NCBI GenBank assembly: GCA_963705725.1
Contig: CAVPKM010000005.1
Coordinates: forward strand, 1-47,320
DNA: 47,320 nucleotides
Source of the DNA: an uncultured Gammaproteobacteria bacterium
GTDB lineage: Bacteria > Pseudomonadota > Gammaproteobacteria > UBA6002
Reading direction: 5' to 3'
Shown: positions 1-8,688 of the stretch, piece by piece
Layout of the letters: each line of letters opens with the position of its first letter
Numbering within the stretch: position 1 is the stretch's first letter
Translations under genes and position numbers: made by a program
Notes under the pieces: generated by a model
Databases searched by the model: none
Told to the model about the DNA's origin: nothing
Seen by the model: only the letters and a program-made list of their open reading frames with translations

Positions 1-1
1 A

Positions 2-2230
2 AAAAAATATTTGGGACAAAATTTTGATGTACTCGCTTCCTATGGCCATGTTCGCGATCTTGTGCCTAAGGAAGGAGCTGTCGATACCGCTCATAATTTT
101 GCTTTAAAATATGAAATTGTTGAAAAAAATGAAAAGCATCTCCGAGCTATCGCAAAAGCTCTCAAAAAAGCAAAGACTTTATATCTTGCCACTGACCCCG
201 ACCGCGAAGGGGAAGCTATTTCTTGGCATATTGTGGAATCGATGAAAGAAGAGCACGCGCTTAATTCTAAATCAATTTTTCGAGTGGTTTTTCATGAAAT
301 TACTAAAAATGCAATCCAGGATGCGATTATTCATCCTCGAGAAATCTCTCTGGATTTAGTGCATGCTCAACAGGCAAGGCGCGCCCTGGACTTTCTCGTT
401 GGTTTCAATCTATCGCCCTTGTTATGGAAAAAAATACGTCCTGGACTTTCTGCGGGAAGAGTTCAAAGTCCTGCTTTACGATTAATTGTTGAACGAGAAG
501 CTGAAATCCTTCGTTTTGAGCCAAGGGAATATTGGACAATTGAAGCAGACTGTAGCGCAAAGGATCAGCATTTTCGTGCAAAATTAATCTCTTACCAAGG
601 GAAGAAGTTATCACAATTTTCAATCACCGCCGATAAACAAGCACATGGTATTGAAAATACATTAAAAGAAGCAGCAAAAGGCGAGTTAATCGTCGTCAAT
701 ATCGATAAAAAACAACGCAAACGCAATCCTGCTCCGCCCTTCATTACCTCGACACTACAGCAGGAAGCTGCTCGAAAATTAGGTTTTACCACCTACCGGA
801 CCATGCGTGTCGCCCAGCAATTATATGAGGGCATTGATCTGGGAACCGAAGGTTCACTCGGTTTAATCACCTACATGCGTACCGACTCTGTTAACCTTGC
901 CAGTGAAGCAATCACTGAGATCAGGGAGCTGATTACTCAAAAATATGGGGAAGAAAATATCCCAGATAGCCCTCGTTTTTATCAAACAAAGGCTAAAAAT
1001 GCACAAGAAGCACATGAAGCAATTCGACCTACTTCAATCCAATATCTACCGGATGACATTAAAAGGCATTTAACAGATGAGCAATACCGATTATATGATT
1101 TAATCTGGAAGCGCACAGTTGCTTGCCAAATGATTCACGCTACTATTGATACGGTTGCTGTTAATTTAGCTGTCTCAAATACCGATAATTTATTTCGAGC
1201 AAATGGTTCAACTATTACCAATCCGGGTTTTATTAAAATTTACCAGGAAGGCATTGATGATGCCAAAAAAGAAGATGGCGATGAAAAATTGCTCCCCGTT
1301 TTAGAGAAAGGGGATATTATTCAGCTAGTTAAGCTCAACTCATTGCAACATTTTACCGAACCACCACCTAGGTATACGGAAGCCTCTTTAGTCAAGGCAT
1401 TGGAAGAATATGGCATTGGCAGACCTTCTACCTATGCAAACATTATCTACACCATTAAAAACCGTGAATATGTCGTCCTTGAACAAAAACGATTCAAACC
1501 AACTGACGTGGGCAGTATAGTTAATAAATTTTTAACTACCTACTTTTCTCAATATGTGGATTATGATTTTACGGCTAAAATGGAAGACGAACTCGATGCT
1601 GTCTCTCGCGGAGAAAAAGAGTGGGTACCGATGCTCGAGGAATTTTGGGTGCCGTTCAAAGAACTGATTCTTGTTACAGAAGAAAATGTTAAAAGAAAAG
1701 ATGTCACTCAAGAAGAAATTGGTGAAAATTGCCCTAAGTGTCATAAACCTTTGACTAAACGCTTGGGTAAGAGAGGGACTTTCATTGGTTGCTCAGGTTA
1801 TCCGGATTGCGACTATACGCGAGGATTAGAAGAATCAGCAGCGGAAGTTGAAAAGGTAGAAGGCGCTGAATGCCCAGAATGCCACTCCCATTTAGTCATT
1901 AAGTACGGTAAATATGGTAAATTCATTGGCTGCAGTAACTACCCAACCTGCAAGCATATGGAACCAATAGAGAAACCAGCGGATACTGGCATTGACTGTC
2001 CTATCTGCCATCAAGGTCATTTACTCAAGCGTAAAAGTCGTTACGGCAAATATTTTTATTCTTGTTCCACTTATCCAAAATGCAAATATGCCGTTTGGAA
2101 TGAACCGATTTCCGAATCTTGTCCTAAGTGCCAGTGGCCAATCCTCACGATCAAAACTACCAAAAAACGCGGAACTGAAAAAGTCTGCCCGCAAAAAGAA
2201 TGTGGGTTTTCAGAACCTTATCAAGAATGA
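2..2230 (+). CDS. topA: DNA topoisomerase I (5'-truncated by window edge)
   Basis: Toprim ATDPDREGEAI, SAGRVQS, catalytic GLITYMRTD, AQEAHEAIRPT and C-terminal C4 zinc-ribbon repeats. The frame is open from base 2 (KKYLGQ...), so the true start is upstream of the window. Confidence 0.98.
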   Translation, partial: KKYLGQNFDVLASYGHVRDLVPKEGAVDTAHNFALKYEIVEKNEKHLRAIAKALKKAKTLYLATDPDREGEAISWHIVESMKEEHALNSKSIFRVVFHEITKNAIQDAIIHPREISLDLVHAQQARRALDFLVGFNLSPLLWKKIRPGLSAGRVQSPALRLIVEREAEILRFEPREYWTIEADCSAKDQHFRAKLISYQGKKLSQFSITADKQAHGIENTLKEAAKGELIVVNIDKKQRKRNPAPPFITSTLQQEAARKLGFTTYRTMRVAQQLYEGIDLGTEGSLGLITYMRTDSVNLASEAITEIRELITQKYGEENIPDSPRFYQTKAKNAQEAHEAIRPTSIQYLPDDIKRHLTDEQYRLYDLIWKRTVACQMIHATIDTVAVNLAVSNTDNLFRANGSTITNPGFIKIYQEGIDDAKKEDGDEKLLPVLEKGDIIQLVKLNSLQHFTEPPPRYTEASLVKALEEYGIGRPSTYANIIYTIKNREYVVLEQKRFKPTDVGSIVNKFLTTYFSQYVDYDFTAKMEDELDAVSRGEKEWVPMLEEFWVPFKELILVTEENVKRKDVTQEEIGENCPKCHKPLTKRLGKRGTFIGCSGYPDCDYTRGLEESAAEVEKVEGAECPECHSHLVIKYGKYGKFIGCSNYPTCKHMEPIEKPADTGIDCPICHQGHLLKRKSRYGKYFYSCSTYPKCKYAVWNEPISESCPKCQWPILTIKTTKKRGTEKVCPQKECGFSEPYQE

Positions 2231-2243
2231 AGGCGAAAAAATT

Positions 2244-2741
2244 ATGAAAAGCAAATTTGTTGCAATTTTAATGGGATCTGACTCTGATTTAGAAACCATG
2301 AAGTCTACTGTTGAAATTTTAAAAAAGTTTAATATTTCTTTTGAAGTGAAAATTGCTTCTGCTCATCGAACTCCTAAGCAAACTCAAGAATATATTTATC
2401 ATGCAGAAGAAAGGGGCTGTTCGATTTTTATTGCTGCAGCAGGCTTAGCCGCGCATTTAGCCGGATTTATTGCTGCCCACACTACAAAACCAGTCATTGG
2501 CGTACCGATGGATGCCGGCGGTTTAAATGGTCTTGATGCCTTATTGTCCACGGTACAAATGCCCGGAGGGATTCCTGTTGCAACGGTTGCAATCGGCAAA
2601 CCTGGCGCTAAGAATGCGGGTTACTTAGCAGCAGAAATGCTTGCACTCAATGATGATGAGTTAGCAAAAGCACTCTGGCAAGAAAGGAAAGATAATATTG
2701 CAGCAATACAAGCTAAAAATGAACAACTCGGTGAATTGTAA
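2244..2741 (+). CDS. purE: N5-CAIR mutase
   Basis: MGSDSD, SAHRTP, AGLAAHL and VQMPGGIPVATV motifs; ATG at 2244 (the ORF-track start at 1992 overlaps topA). Confidence 0.96.
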   Translation: MKSKFVAILMGSDSDLETMKSTVEILKKFNISFEVKIASAHRTPKQTQEYIYHAEERGCSIFIAAAGLAAHLAGFIAAHTTKPVIGVPMDAGGLNGLDALLSTVQMPGGIPVATVAIGKPGAKNAGYLAAEMLALNDDELAKALWQERKDNIAAIQAKNEQLGEL

Positions 2742-3300
2742 TTTGATTTTATCTGAGGATATTTCTCAAGCTGTTCAATTTTTAATGGCCGGAAAAATTA
2801 TCGCCTACCCTACCGAAGGGGTTTATGGACTTGGCTGCGACCCTTACAACGAACAGGCCGTCTCTCGATTAATTGCTTTAAAACAACGAGATAGAGATAA
2901 GGGGCTCATCTTACTGGCAAGCCATTATGAGCAAATCCAGGATTTGATTTCCCCCTTAACAGAATTTCAATATCAATGCTTAATCAATGAAACACAAAAG
3001 CCCATCACCTGGTTATTGCCGGCGAGTGAGCACGCATTAAAATGGGTTACAGGCAAACACTCCAAAATTGCTATCCGTTTAACGACCTTTCCTTTAGCAC
3101 AAAGCCTATGTAAACTTTTCAACAAACCTATCGTTTCAACCAGTGCTAATAAATCAGGTCAACCACCTGCAAAAACTTCAAGCAAGGTCATGGAGTATTT
3201 TAATGATGAAATCGACATGATTCTAGAAGGAAGGGTTGGGAGTTTGAATAAACCGACAGAATTACACGATATAGTAACGGGTGAAATTTTACGAAAGTAG
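2719..3300 (+). CDS. tsaC: Threonylcarbamoyl-AMP synthase (YrdC/Sua5)
   Basis: AYPTEGVYGLGCDP, KQRDRDKGLI and STSANKSG motifs; start approximate. Confidence 0.93.
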   Translation: MNNSVNCNLILSEDISQAVQFLMAGKIIAYPTEGVYGLGCDPYNEQAVSRLIALKQRDRDKGLILLASHYEQIQDLISPLTEFQYQCLINETQKPITWLLPASEHALKWVTGKHSKIAIRLTTFPLAQSLCKLFNKPIVSTSANKSGQPPAKTSSKVMEYFNDEIDMILEGRVGSLNKPTELHDIVTGEILRK

Positions 3301-3357
3301 CTAACACTGTTCAGCATCCCTGCTATACCCTTCAAAGCTACAATATTATGTTTTCCC

Positions 3358-3417
3358 GTATCTGCTCACACCTAAGATAATTTGTTGGCTAAGACGTCCG
3401 CTTCTAGGGGCAAGTAG
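3358..3417. mobile_element. 60-bp dispersed hairpin element (family A, copy 1) with perfect 12-bp flanking direct repeat TTATGTTTTCCC (3346-3357 and 3418-3429)
   Basis: Near-identical to 40767-40827; flanking duplication read directly from the sequence. Confidence 0.7.
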
Positions 3418-3460
3418 TTATGTTTTCCCTTTTGATATTATTACATTTCCATTGGCGCTC

Positions 3461-3490
3461 ATCCTACCTTTATTCTCTTTCATTTGTCAA
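3461..3490 (-). promoter_or_regulatory. Candidate sigma70 promoter TTGACA-N18-TAGGAT firing into the tsaC-ubiA intergenic region
   Basis: Perfect -35, 4/6 -10, 18-nt spacer; no long ORF downstream. Confidence 0.35.
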
Positions 3491-3541
3491 TTGAACTTAA
3501 CGCAAATGAGGTTTAGGGGTGAAGCGAGTGCAAAGGGTGCG

Positions 3542-4402
3542 CTAGGCCCATCCTTGAATTAACAATCCAATAAATATCACTAGACCAAACCAATGATTAT
3601 TATAAAAAGCCTGATAGTAATCTTTAATCCCTTGCCTGCTAATTAATTTCATTTGATACAAACTTAGCCCTAGCGCAACGATTACTGCGATAAAAAAATA
3701 AACATTAAAGTGCAAAATTTTTCCAAGCGTAATTAATCCGATCAACACAAGCAGTTGTATGGCAAAAATCATTTGCATATTGTATTGCTTAAATAAAATT
3801 GCAGTGGATTTGATTCCAACCTTTAAATCATCCTCCTTATCCATTAAGGCATAAATTGTGTCATAAGCAATTGGCCAAAGTACTGCAATCATAAACAACA
3901 GGCCGGAGATAGCCGGCAAGTACCCATTAACAGCCATGAAGGCCATTGGTACAGACCAGGCAAAAGCTGCGCCTAGAAATAGCTGGGGAAGATAAGTTAT
4001 TCTTTTGGTGAAGGGATAGAGTATCGCAAGCAGCAAGGCAATAACTGAAAGTGCTACTGTGCGAGCATTCAGTTGCAAAACTAAAATCAGCCCGATGAAA
4101 TCAAGCAATATAAATAAGATCCAAGCTGACCTTAAGCTCATTTCACCCGCAGCTAATGGTCTTTTTTTTGTTCGCCATACTTGTCTATCGAATTTTTGAT
4201 CAGCGATGTCATTTATCACACAACCCGCAGAACGCATAACAACGACGCCCAATGTAAAAACCACCAAATTCTTCCAACCCGGAAACCCACGCGCAGCTAC
4301 CCAAAGCGCCCACCAAGTGGGCCAGAGCAATAATAAGCTACCAATTGGTTTATCAAGGCGCATAAGCTTGAAGCAAGTTTTTATTTTAAATTTATTTTTC
4401 AT
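3542..4402 (-). CDS. ubiA: 4-hydroxybenzoate octaprenyltransferase
   Basis: MRLDKPIGSLLLLWP, NDIADQKFD, RPLAAG and YDTIYALMDKEDD motifs. Confidence 0.97.
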   Translation of the reverse strand: MKNKFKIKTCFKLMRLDKPIGSLLLLWPTWWALWVAARGFPGWKNLVVFTLGVVVMRSAGCVINDIADQKFDRQVWRTKKRPLAAGEMSLRSAWILFILLDFIGLILVLQLNARTVALSVIALLLAILYPFTKRITYLPQLFLGAAFAWSVPMAFMAVNGYLPAISGLLFMIAVLWPIAYDTIYALMDKEDDLKVGIKSTAILFKQYNMQMIFAIQLLVLIGLITLGKILHFNVYFFIAVIVALGLSLYQMKLISRQGIKDYYQAFYNNHWFGLVIFIGLLIQGWA

Positions 4403-4946
4403 AAAGATACCGAATGAATAACGGTGAAAAATACTCAGTTAACAACAGAATATTTTTTTCTTTTGTAAAAATGGATTGTCTGGCCCAAATGAATGAGGTG
4501 TGATTGTTTTCGTTATTGGCTATCAAGCCAAACTCAGGATAATCAGATGAAATTTTTGCTATTTTCAATTCTTTTCGAATGAGACCCTGCCTTGCAAATA
4601 ACATTTCACCCAAAGGTCGGCTACCCAAGCCCCGAAATTTTTTTTTGTATTGCCAACTCGCTGTTTTTGGCATAACACTTCTCGCGAACATCAATTTACG
4701 ATTGCCAAGATAAATTAGAATTTCTCTAAAGAAAAAATACCGACAATCAAAAAAAGCATCAATGCCATCTTTAGCAAGCCCTACTCCTTCTTTTATTATC
4801 TGAATAGTAAGCGGAGAAGTGCTGGTACTAAATGCGCGGACTTTTTCAGTAAAGGAACCACAATAACATAGCCATTTGGCCCATTCCCCATTTAAATCCT
4901 GGCGGGTGTAAGTCATTGGATCTTTCCAGATAAGAATCTTTTTCAC
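4392..4946 (-). CDS. ubiC: Chorismate pyruvate-lyase
   Basis: WL..GSFT, REI.I..G....FARS, LGSRPLGEMLF, WARQSIF and LLLTEYF; overlaps the ubiA start. Confidence 0.85.
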   Translation of the reverse strand: MKKILIWKDPMTYTRQDLNGEWAKWLCYCGSFTEKVRAFSTSTSPLTIQIIKEGVGLAKDGIDAFFDCRYFFFREILIYLGNRKLMFARSVMPKTASWQYKKKFRGLGSRPLGEMLFARQGLIRKELKIAKISSDYPEFGLIANNENNHTSFIWARQSIFTKEKNILLLTEYFSPLFIRYLYEK

Positions 4947-5054
4947 TTTTATTCCTAATTATTTAGATTCACTCTAACACTGCATATTAACTACTTTCAA
5001 ATAAAAGATTGCTATATAATGGTCTGCTTAATACTCAAAAAATGGATGCCTTGA

Positions 5055-6338
5055 ATGCGCGGAATCAGCTTTTCTCGAGCAGGCTATCTACCCTTCTTAG
5101 TTTGTGGTGTTGGCGCTTTTTTTTATGTTTATGAATTTTTCCTTCGAGTCATGCCAAGCGCCATGACAGATGAACTCATGCGAAGCTTTCAAATTGACGC
5201 AGGAGGACTTGGGGTCTTAAGCGCTTTTTTTTATTACGGCTATACCCCCATGCAAATTCCGGCTGGCTTATTGCTGGATCGCTATGGACCCCGTGTTTTA
5301 TTAACTTTATCCATGGGAGTTTGTGCGATTGGAGCACTAGCATTTGGTTTAACTAATAGCGCTATTATCGCCTCGTTTGCCCGGTTGTTCATTGGACTTG
5401 TTTCCGCCTTTGCTTTTGTTGGCGCGTTGGTACTCGCTTCTCGCTGGTTTGCCCCGCGTTATTTTGCATTAATAGTAGGATTAATTCAGCTCATGGGGTG
5501 CATTGGAGCAATTGTAGGAGAAGCACCCGTTGCTGTTATCGTTGAGCATATTGGCTGGCGAAACACGATGTTTTGGTCAGCCGCCATTGGCGGGGTCATT
5601 GCTATCTTATTTTGGCTAGTTATTCGCGACAGACCCGAAAATTCTGAAAACATCCATTCTCATCCCACTGCCGCCACTAATACTGAAATTCAGCGCTTGC
5701 TAAAAATTTTAAAAAACCCACAAACTTGGTCGGTAGGGCTTTACGCCTTCTCCTGTTGGGCACCCATTTCTATTTTTGCAGATTTATGGGGCATTCCCTA
5801 CCTTAAACTTTTTTATAATACCAGCGTGACAACTGCCGCCACCGGAGTGGCGATTGTCTGGATCGGAATTGCAGTGGGCAGTCCGCTGGTAGGCTGGTGG
5901 TCAAATAAAATCGCTAACCGTAAACTTCCACTGTTAATTTGCGCAATTTTCGGTTTAATTTCGTCACTTTTCATACTTTATATTCCTCACCTACCTTGGT
6001 CTTTCATGTATGTCGCTTTATTTTTATTTGGATTTGCTGCCTCTTCTCAATCTGTGACGTTTGGTGTGGTTCAAGACAACAATCCATTATCTGTCGCCGG
6101 CACAGCCGTTGGCTTTAATAATATGGCCGTTATTTTAGGAGGAGTCTTATTCCAACCGCTGGTAGGATTTGTCTTAAATGCTCGCTGGGATGGGACAATC
6201 ATCAATGGTTTACATTTTTATTCTTTAGCTGATTATCGTATGGCACTTATACTCCTACCACTTTGTTCTCTTATTGGCATTTTTAGTAGCCTCTTCATCA
6301 TCCATGAAACACATTGCAAGCCTCAATACTCCATTTGA
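5055..6338 (+). CDS. MFS transporter, Pht (phagosomal transporter)-like
   Basis: 12-TM pattern, MQIPAGLLLDRYGPR motif A, FYVYEFFLRVMPS N-terminus and HETHCK C-terminus. Confidence 0.88.
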   Translation: MRGISFSRAGYLPFLVCGVGAFFYVYEFFLRVMPSAMTDELMRSFQIDAGGLGVLSAFFYYGYTPMQIPAGLLLDRYGPRVLLTLSMGVCAIGALAFGLTNSAIIASFARLFIGLVSAFAFVGALVLASRWFAPRYFALIVGLIQLMGCIGAIVGEAPVAVIVEHIGWRNTMFWSAAIGGVIAILFWLVIRDRPENSENIHSHPTAATNTEIQRLLKILKNPQTWSVGLYAFSCWAPISIFADLWGIPYLKLFYNTSVTTAATGVAIVWIGIAVGSPLVGWWSNKIANRKLPLLICAIFGLISSLFILYIPHLPWSFMYVALFLFGFAASSQSVTFGVVQDNNPLSVAGTAVGFNNMAVILGGVLFQPLVGFVLNARWDGTIINGLHFYSLADYRMALILLPLCSLIGIFSSLFIIHETHCKPQYSI

Positions 6339-6396
6339 GCCACTCTCTGTCTATCTCAGGTTTTTCTACCAAGGAATTTCACAAAAAAATTCTATA

Positions 6397-6429
6397 TTTA
6401 ATATTTAATTAAGGTTATGCGCTTATACT
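6397..6429 (+). promoter_or_regulatory. PmrA-type element tTTAAtatT-N2-aTTAAggtT-N7-TATACT
   Basis: Fits the Legionella/Coxiella PmrA consensus geometry (cTTAAnntT direct repeat, then N7, then -10), 41 bp upstream of the ATG at 6471. Confidence 0.6.
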
Positions 6430-6470
6430 TTTCCTTATGTTAAGTTAATAAGACACAGCGAGTACCTAAA

Positions 6471-7022
6471 ATGTCTACCTTCTCTAAGTATATTTTAAAA
6501 TTATTAAATGATTATAAACGCCTTCTTCGACGTTATGTTTCAACTACCGAGCGCGAAAAAATTATCATTAATTTGGGGATTAAAAGAAAATCACTGAAAT
6601 TTGATAATGATGTCATTCTCTACAATAAAGCCTATCGCGTTATTCAAGATATTGAGTATTGGACAGAAAAAACACAGCGTACGGCGGCTGAGCATTCTGG
6701 AGTCGATGAATTTTACCAGCATCTTAAAAACTATCTGTCACAATATCGCGTCGAAAATAATCTTATTGTGCATGTCACCCAAAAAATTTCTTGCGCCTTA
6801 GTGCAGGCAATACAACTTGCCTCATCTAAGCATTTAACAGAAGAAGATTTATCAAAATTAGAAAATTGCATTCAAAGTGTCAAAAAATATGGTTCGGCTG
6901 ACCAACAGTCAGTATTGCTAAAAGCGCTCAAACAACATTCACCCGCAACTGCTAACCTTTTTGCTCCAATGTTTGAGCCTCTTCTGCAAAGTCAAGCTGA
7001 AAGCGCGCTTGGCTCTGAGTGA
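6471..7022 (+). CDS. Hypothetical helical protein, possibly PmrA-regulated
   Basis: 183-aa ORF, soluble, no recognisable motif. Confidence 0.75.
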   Translation: MSTFSKYILKLLNDYKRLLRRYVSTTEREKIIINLGIKRKSLKFDNDVILYNKAYRVIQDIEYWTEKTQRTAAEHSGVDEFYQHLKNYLSQYRVENNLIVHVTQKISCALVQAIQLASSKHLTEEDLSKLENCIQSVKKYGSADQQSVLLKALKQHSPATANLFAPMFEPLLQSQAESALGSE

Positions 7023-7046
7023 GCCACTCGTTATGATGCTGATATT

Positions 7047-8114
7047 ATGATACCTCTAGAATATTATCGCCGGCTCATTGAAACTGATCAGATTTTACCT
7101 GACGAGCAACAGGCAGCAGTGATTAGTGAGCTGCAGATCGTATTTAATAAATTAACCCAGCAAACAAAGACGGGATTATTAAATCGATTTAGCCTCAAAA
7201 AACCACCGCCTATCAGCGGGTTGTACTTATGGGGAGCAGTCGGAAGAGGAAAAACCTTCCTGATGGATTGTTTTTATTATTGCTTGCCTGGAAATCGTAA
7301 GCTACGAATACACTTTTTTAAATTTATGCAAATGATCCAGCAGCAGCTAAAAATGTTACAAGGCAAGCCCAACCCATTAGAAAGTATTGCAAAAAAACTG
7401 GCAAGTGAAGTTTCCGTCATCTGTTTTGACGAATTATTAGTAAATGACATTGCCGATGCCATGCTGCTCACTGGTCTTTTTAAAGCCCTTTATCAGCAAT
7501 CTATCTGCATTATCTTCACCAGCAATACTGCACCAGACAACCTTTATTTAAAAGGATTACAACGAGAAAGCTTTCTTCCTGCCATTGCTTTGATCAAGAC
7601 GCATTCAAAAGTGATAGAAATTACCACCGACCGTGATTATCGTCTTAAAAATTTTAAAGAAAATACTTTTTATTACTCTCCACTAAATAAAGCGACTGAA
7701 GCTAAACTTGAGCAAAAATTTATTCAAGCTGCTGGGTTAGCCTTGGTCAGTCAAGATCCGATTATCTTATACGGTCGCCATATAACCATAAAAAAAAGAA
7801 CCCATAATATTATGTGGCTTGAATTTAAAGATATTTGTGGAGTACCAAGATGTAAAGATGATTATCTTGCCATCGCAGGCCAATACAAGATGTTACTAAT
7901 CAGCAATCTTTTGCAAATTAAACCTGAACAAAATGATTTAATCCGTTCTTTTATCGAACTCATTGATGTGCTTTATGATGCAAATACAAAACTCATTATT
8001 TCGGCCGAAACATCTATAAAACAAATTTATTTTTGCGGCCGTATGCTAATTGAATTTGCCAGAACCCGTTCAAGATTAATAGAAATGCAAACCCTGACTT
8101 GGCATCAAAAGTGA
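7047..8114 (+). CDS. zapE: AFG1/ZapE-family ATPase
   Basis: GLYLWGAVGRGKTFLMD, CFDE, TSNTAPDNLY..GLQR, DYR and RTRSRLIEMQ. Confidence 0.93.
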   Translation: MIPLEYYRRLIETDQILPDEQQAAVISELQIVFNKLTQQTKTGLLNRFSLKKPPPISGLYLWGAVGRGKTFLMDCFYYCLPGNRKLRIHFFKFMQMIQQQLKMLQGKPNPLESIAKKLASEVSVICFDELLVNDIADAMLLTGLFKALYQQSICIIFTSNTAPDNLYLKGLQRESFLPAIALIKTHSKVIEITTDRDYRLKNFKENTFYYSPLNKATEAKLEQKFIQAAGLALVSQDPIILYGRHITIKKRTHNIMWLEFKDICGVPRCKDDYLAIAGQYKMLLISNLLQIKPEQNDLIRSFIELIDVLYDANTKLIISAETSIKQIYFCGRMLIEFARTRSRLIEMQTLTWHQK

Positions 8115-8155
8115 CATCCAATGCCCTAGTATCCACAGAAAGTCGCGCCTCTTTA

Positions 8156-8659
8156 TCATTGTTCTAAGGATTTACGCCAACTTGCACAAGCACTTTGACC
8201 AGGGCCGGAGAAAACTTGCACGTAGATGCCCACGACTTCATACTTTTCAATCGAAAGTTCATCAGCTACCATTTTTTCTACAAACCATCTAGCGAGCTCT
8301 TCTACGCTAATGTTCCTTAGCGGCAACAACAACACGTCCTTCTTTAAAAAAGGAATTTTATCCTCATGAAAATAGGCATAACAATATTCCCCATCTTCTT
8401 CAATTTTTAAATAAGGTGATTTTGTGGGTAATAAAAAATAGCTATCGAGTTCCTTGCATAGTTTTTTGATAATGCCTTTATAAACGGCATAATCAAAGGC
8501 CATTCCTCTATCCTTTGACATTTTGGCATCGATTTTTGCCGAGACTCGAAAATTGTGACCATGAAGTCGCTCTCTTTGAGTGGAAGAAAATATGGTGAAG
8601 TGACCTGCTGCGAATTCCATATCCTCTTTAGTCAATTCAATTGTTGTAATTTCGCGCAT
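8156..8659 (-). CDS. 6-pyruvoyl-tetrahydropterin synthase family protein (PTPS-III-like, E-x-L-HGH)
   Basis: FAAGHF, RERLHGHNF and SVEELARW motifs. Confidence 0.85.
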   Translation of the reverse strand: MREITTIELTKEDMEFAAGHFTIFSSTQRERLHGHNFRVSAKIDAKMSKDRGMAFDYAVYKGIIKKLCKELDSYFLLPTKSPYLKIEEDGEYCYAYFHEDKIPFLKKDVLLLPLRNISVEELARWFVEKMVADELSIEKYEVVGIYVQVFSGPGQSACASWRKSLEQ

Positions 8660-8688
8660 GCCGGTAGCCTTACATTAAATACGATTAC

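Noticed and set aside
1700-2230. Repeated CxxC...FIGCS.YP.C units in topA
   Set aside because: Standard TopA zinc-ribbon repeats
1992-2243. N-terminal extension of the purE ORF
   Set aside because: Overlaps topA out of frame; homology begins at ATG 2244
3346-3429. Repeat-spacer-repeat pattern as a mini-CRISPR
   Set aside because: The repeat is only 12 bp with two copies, no cas genes are present, and the 'spacer' is itself a dispersed repeat
3420-3483. 21-aa minus-strand ORF MKENKGRMSANGNVIISKGKT
   Set aside because: No RBS or motif; expected by chance
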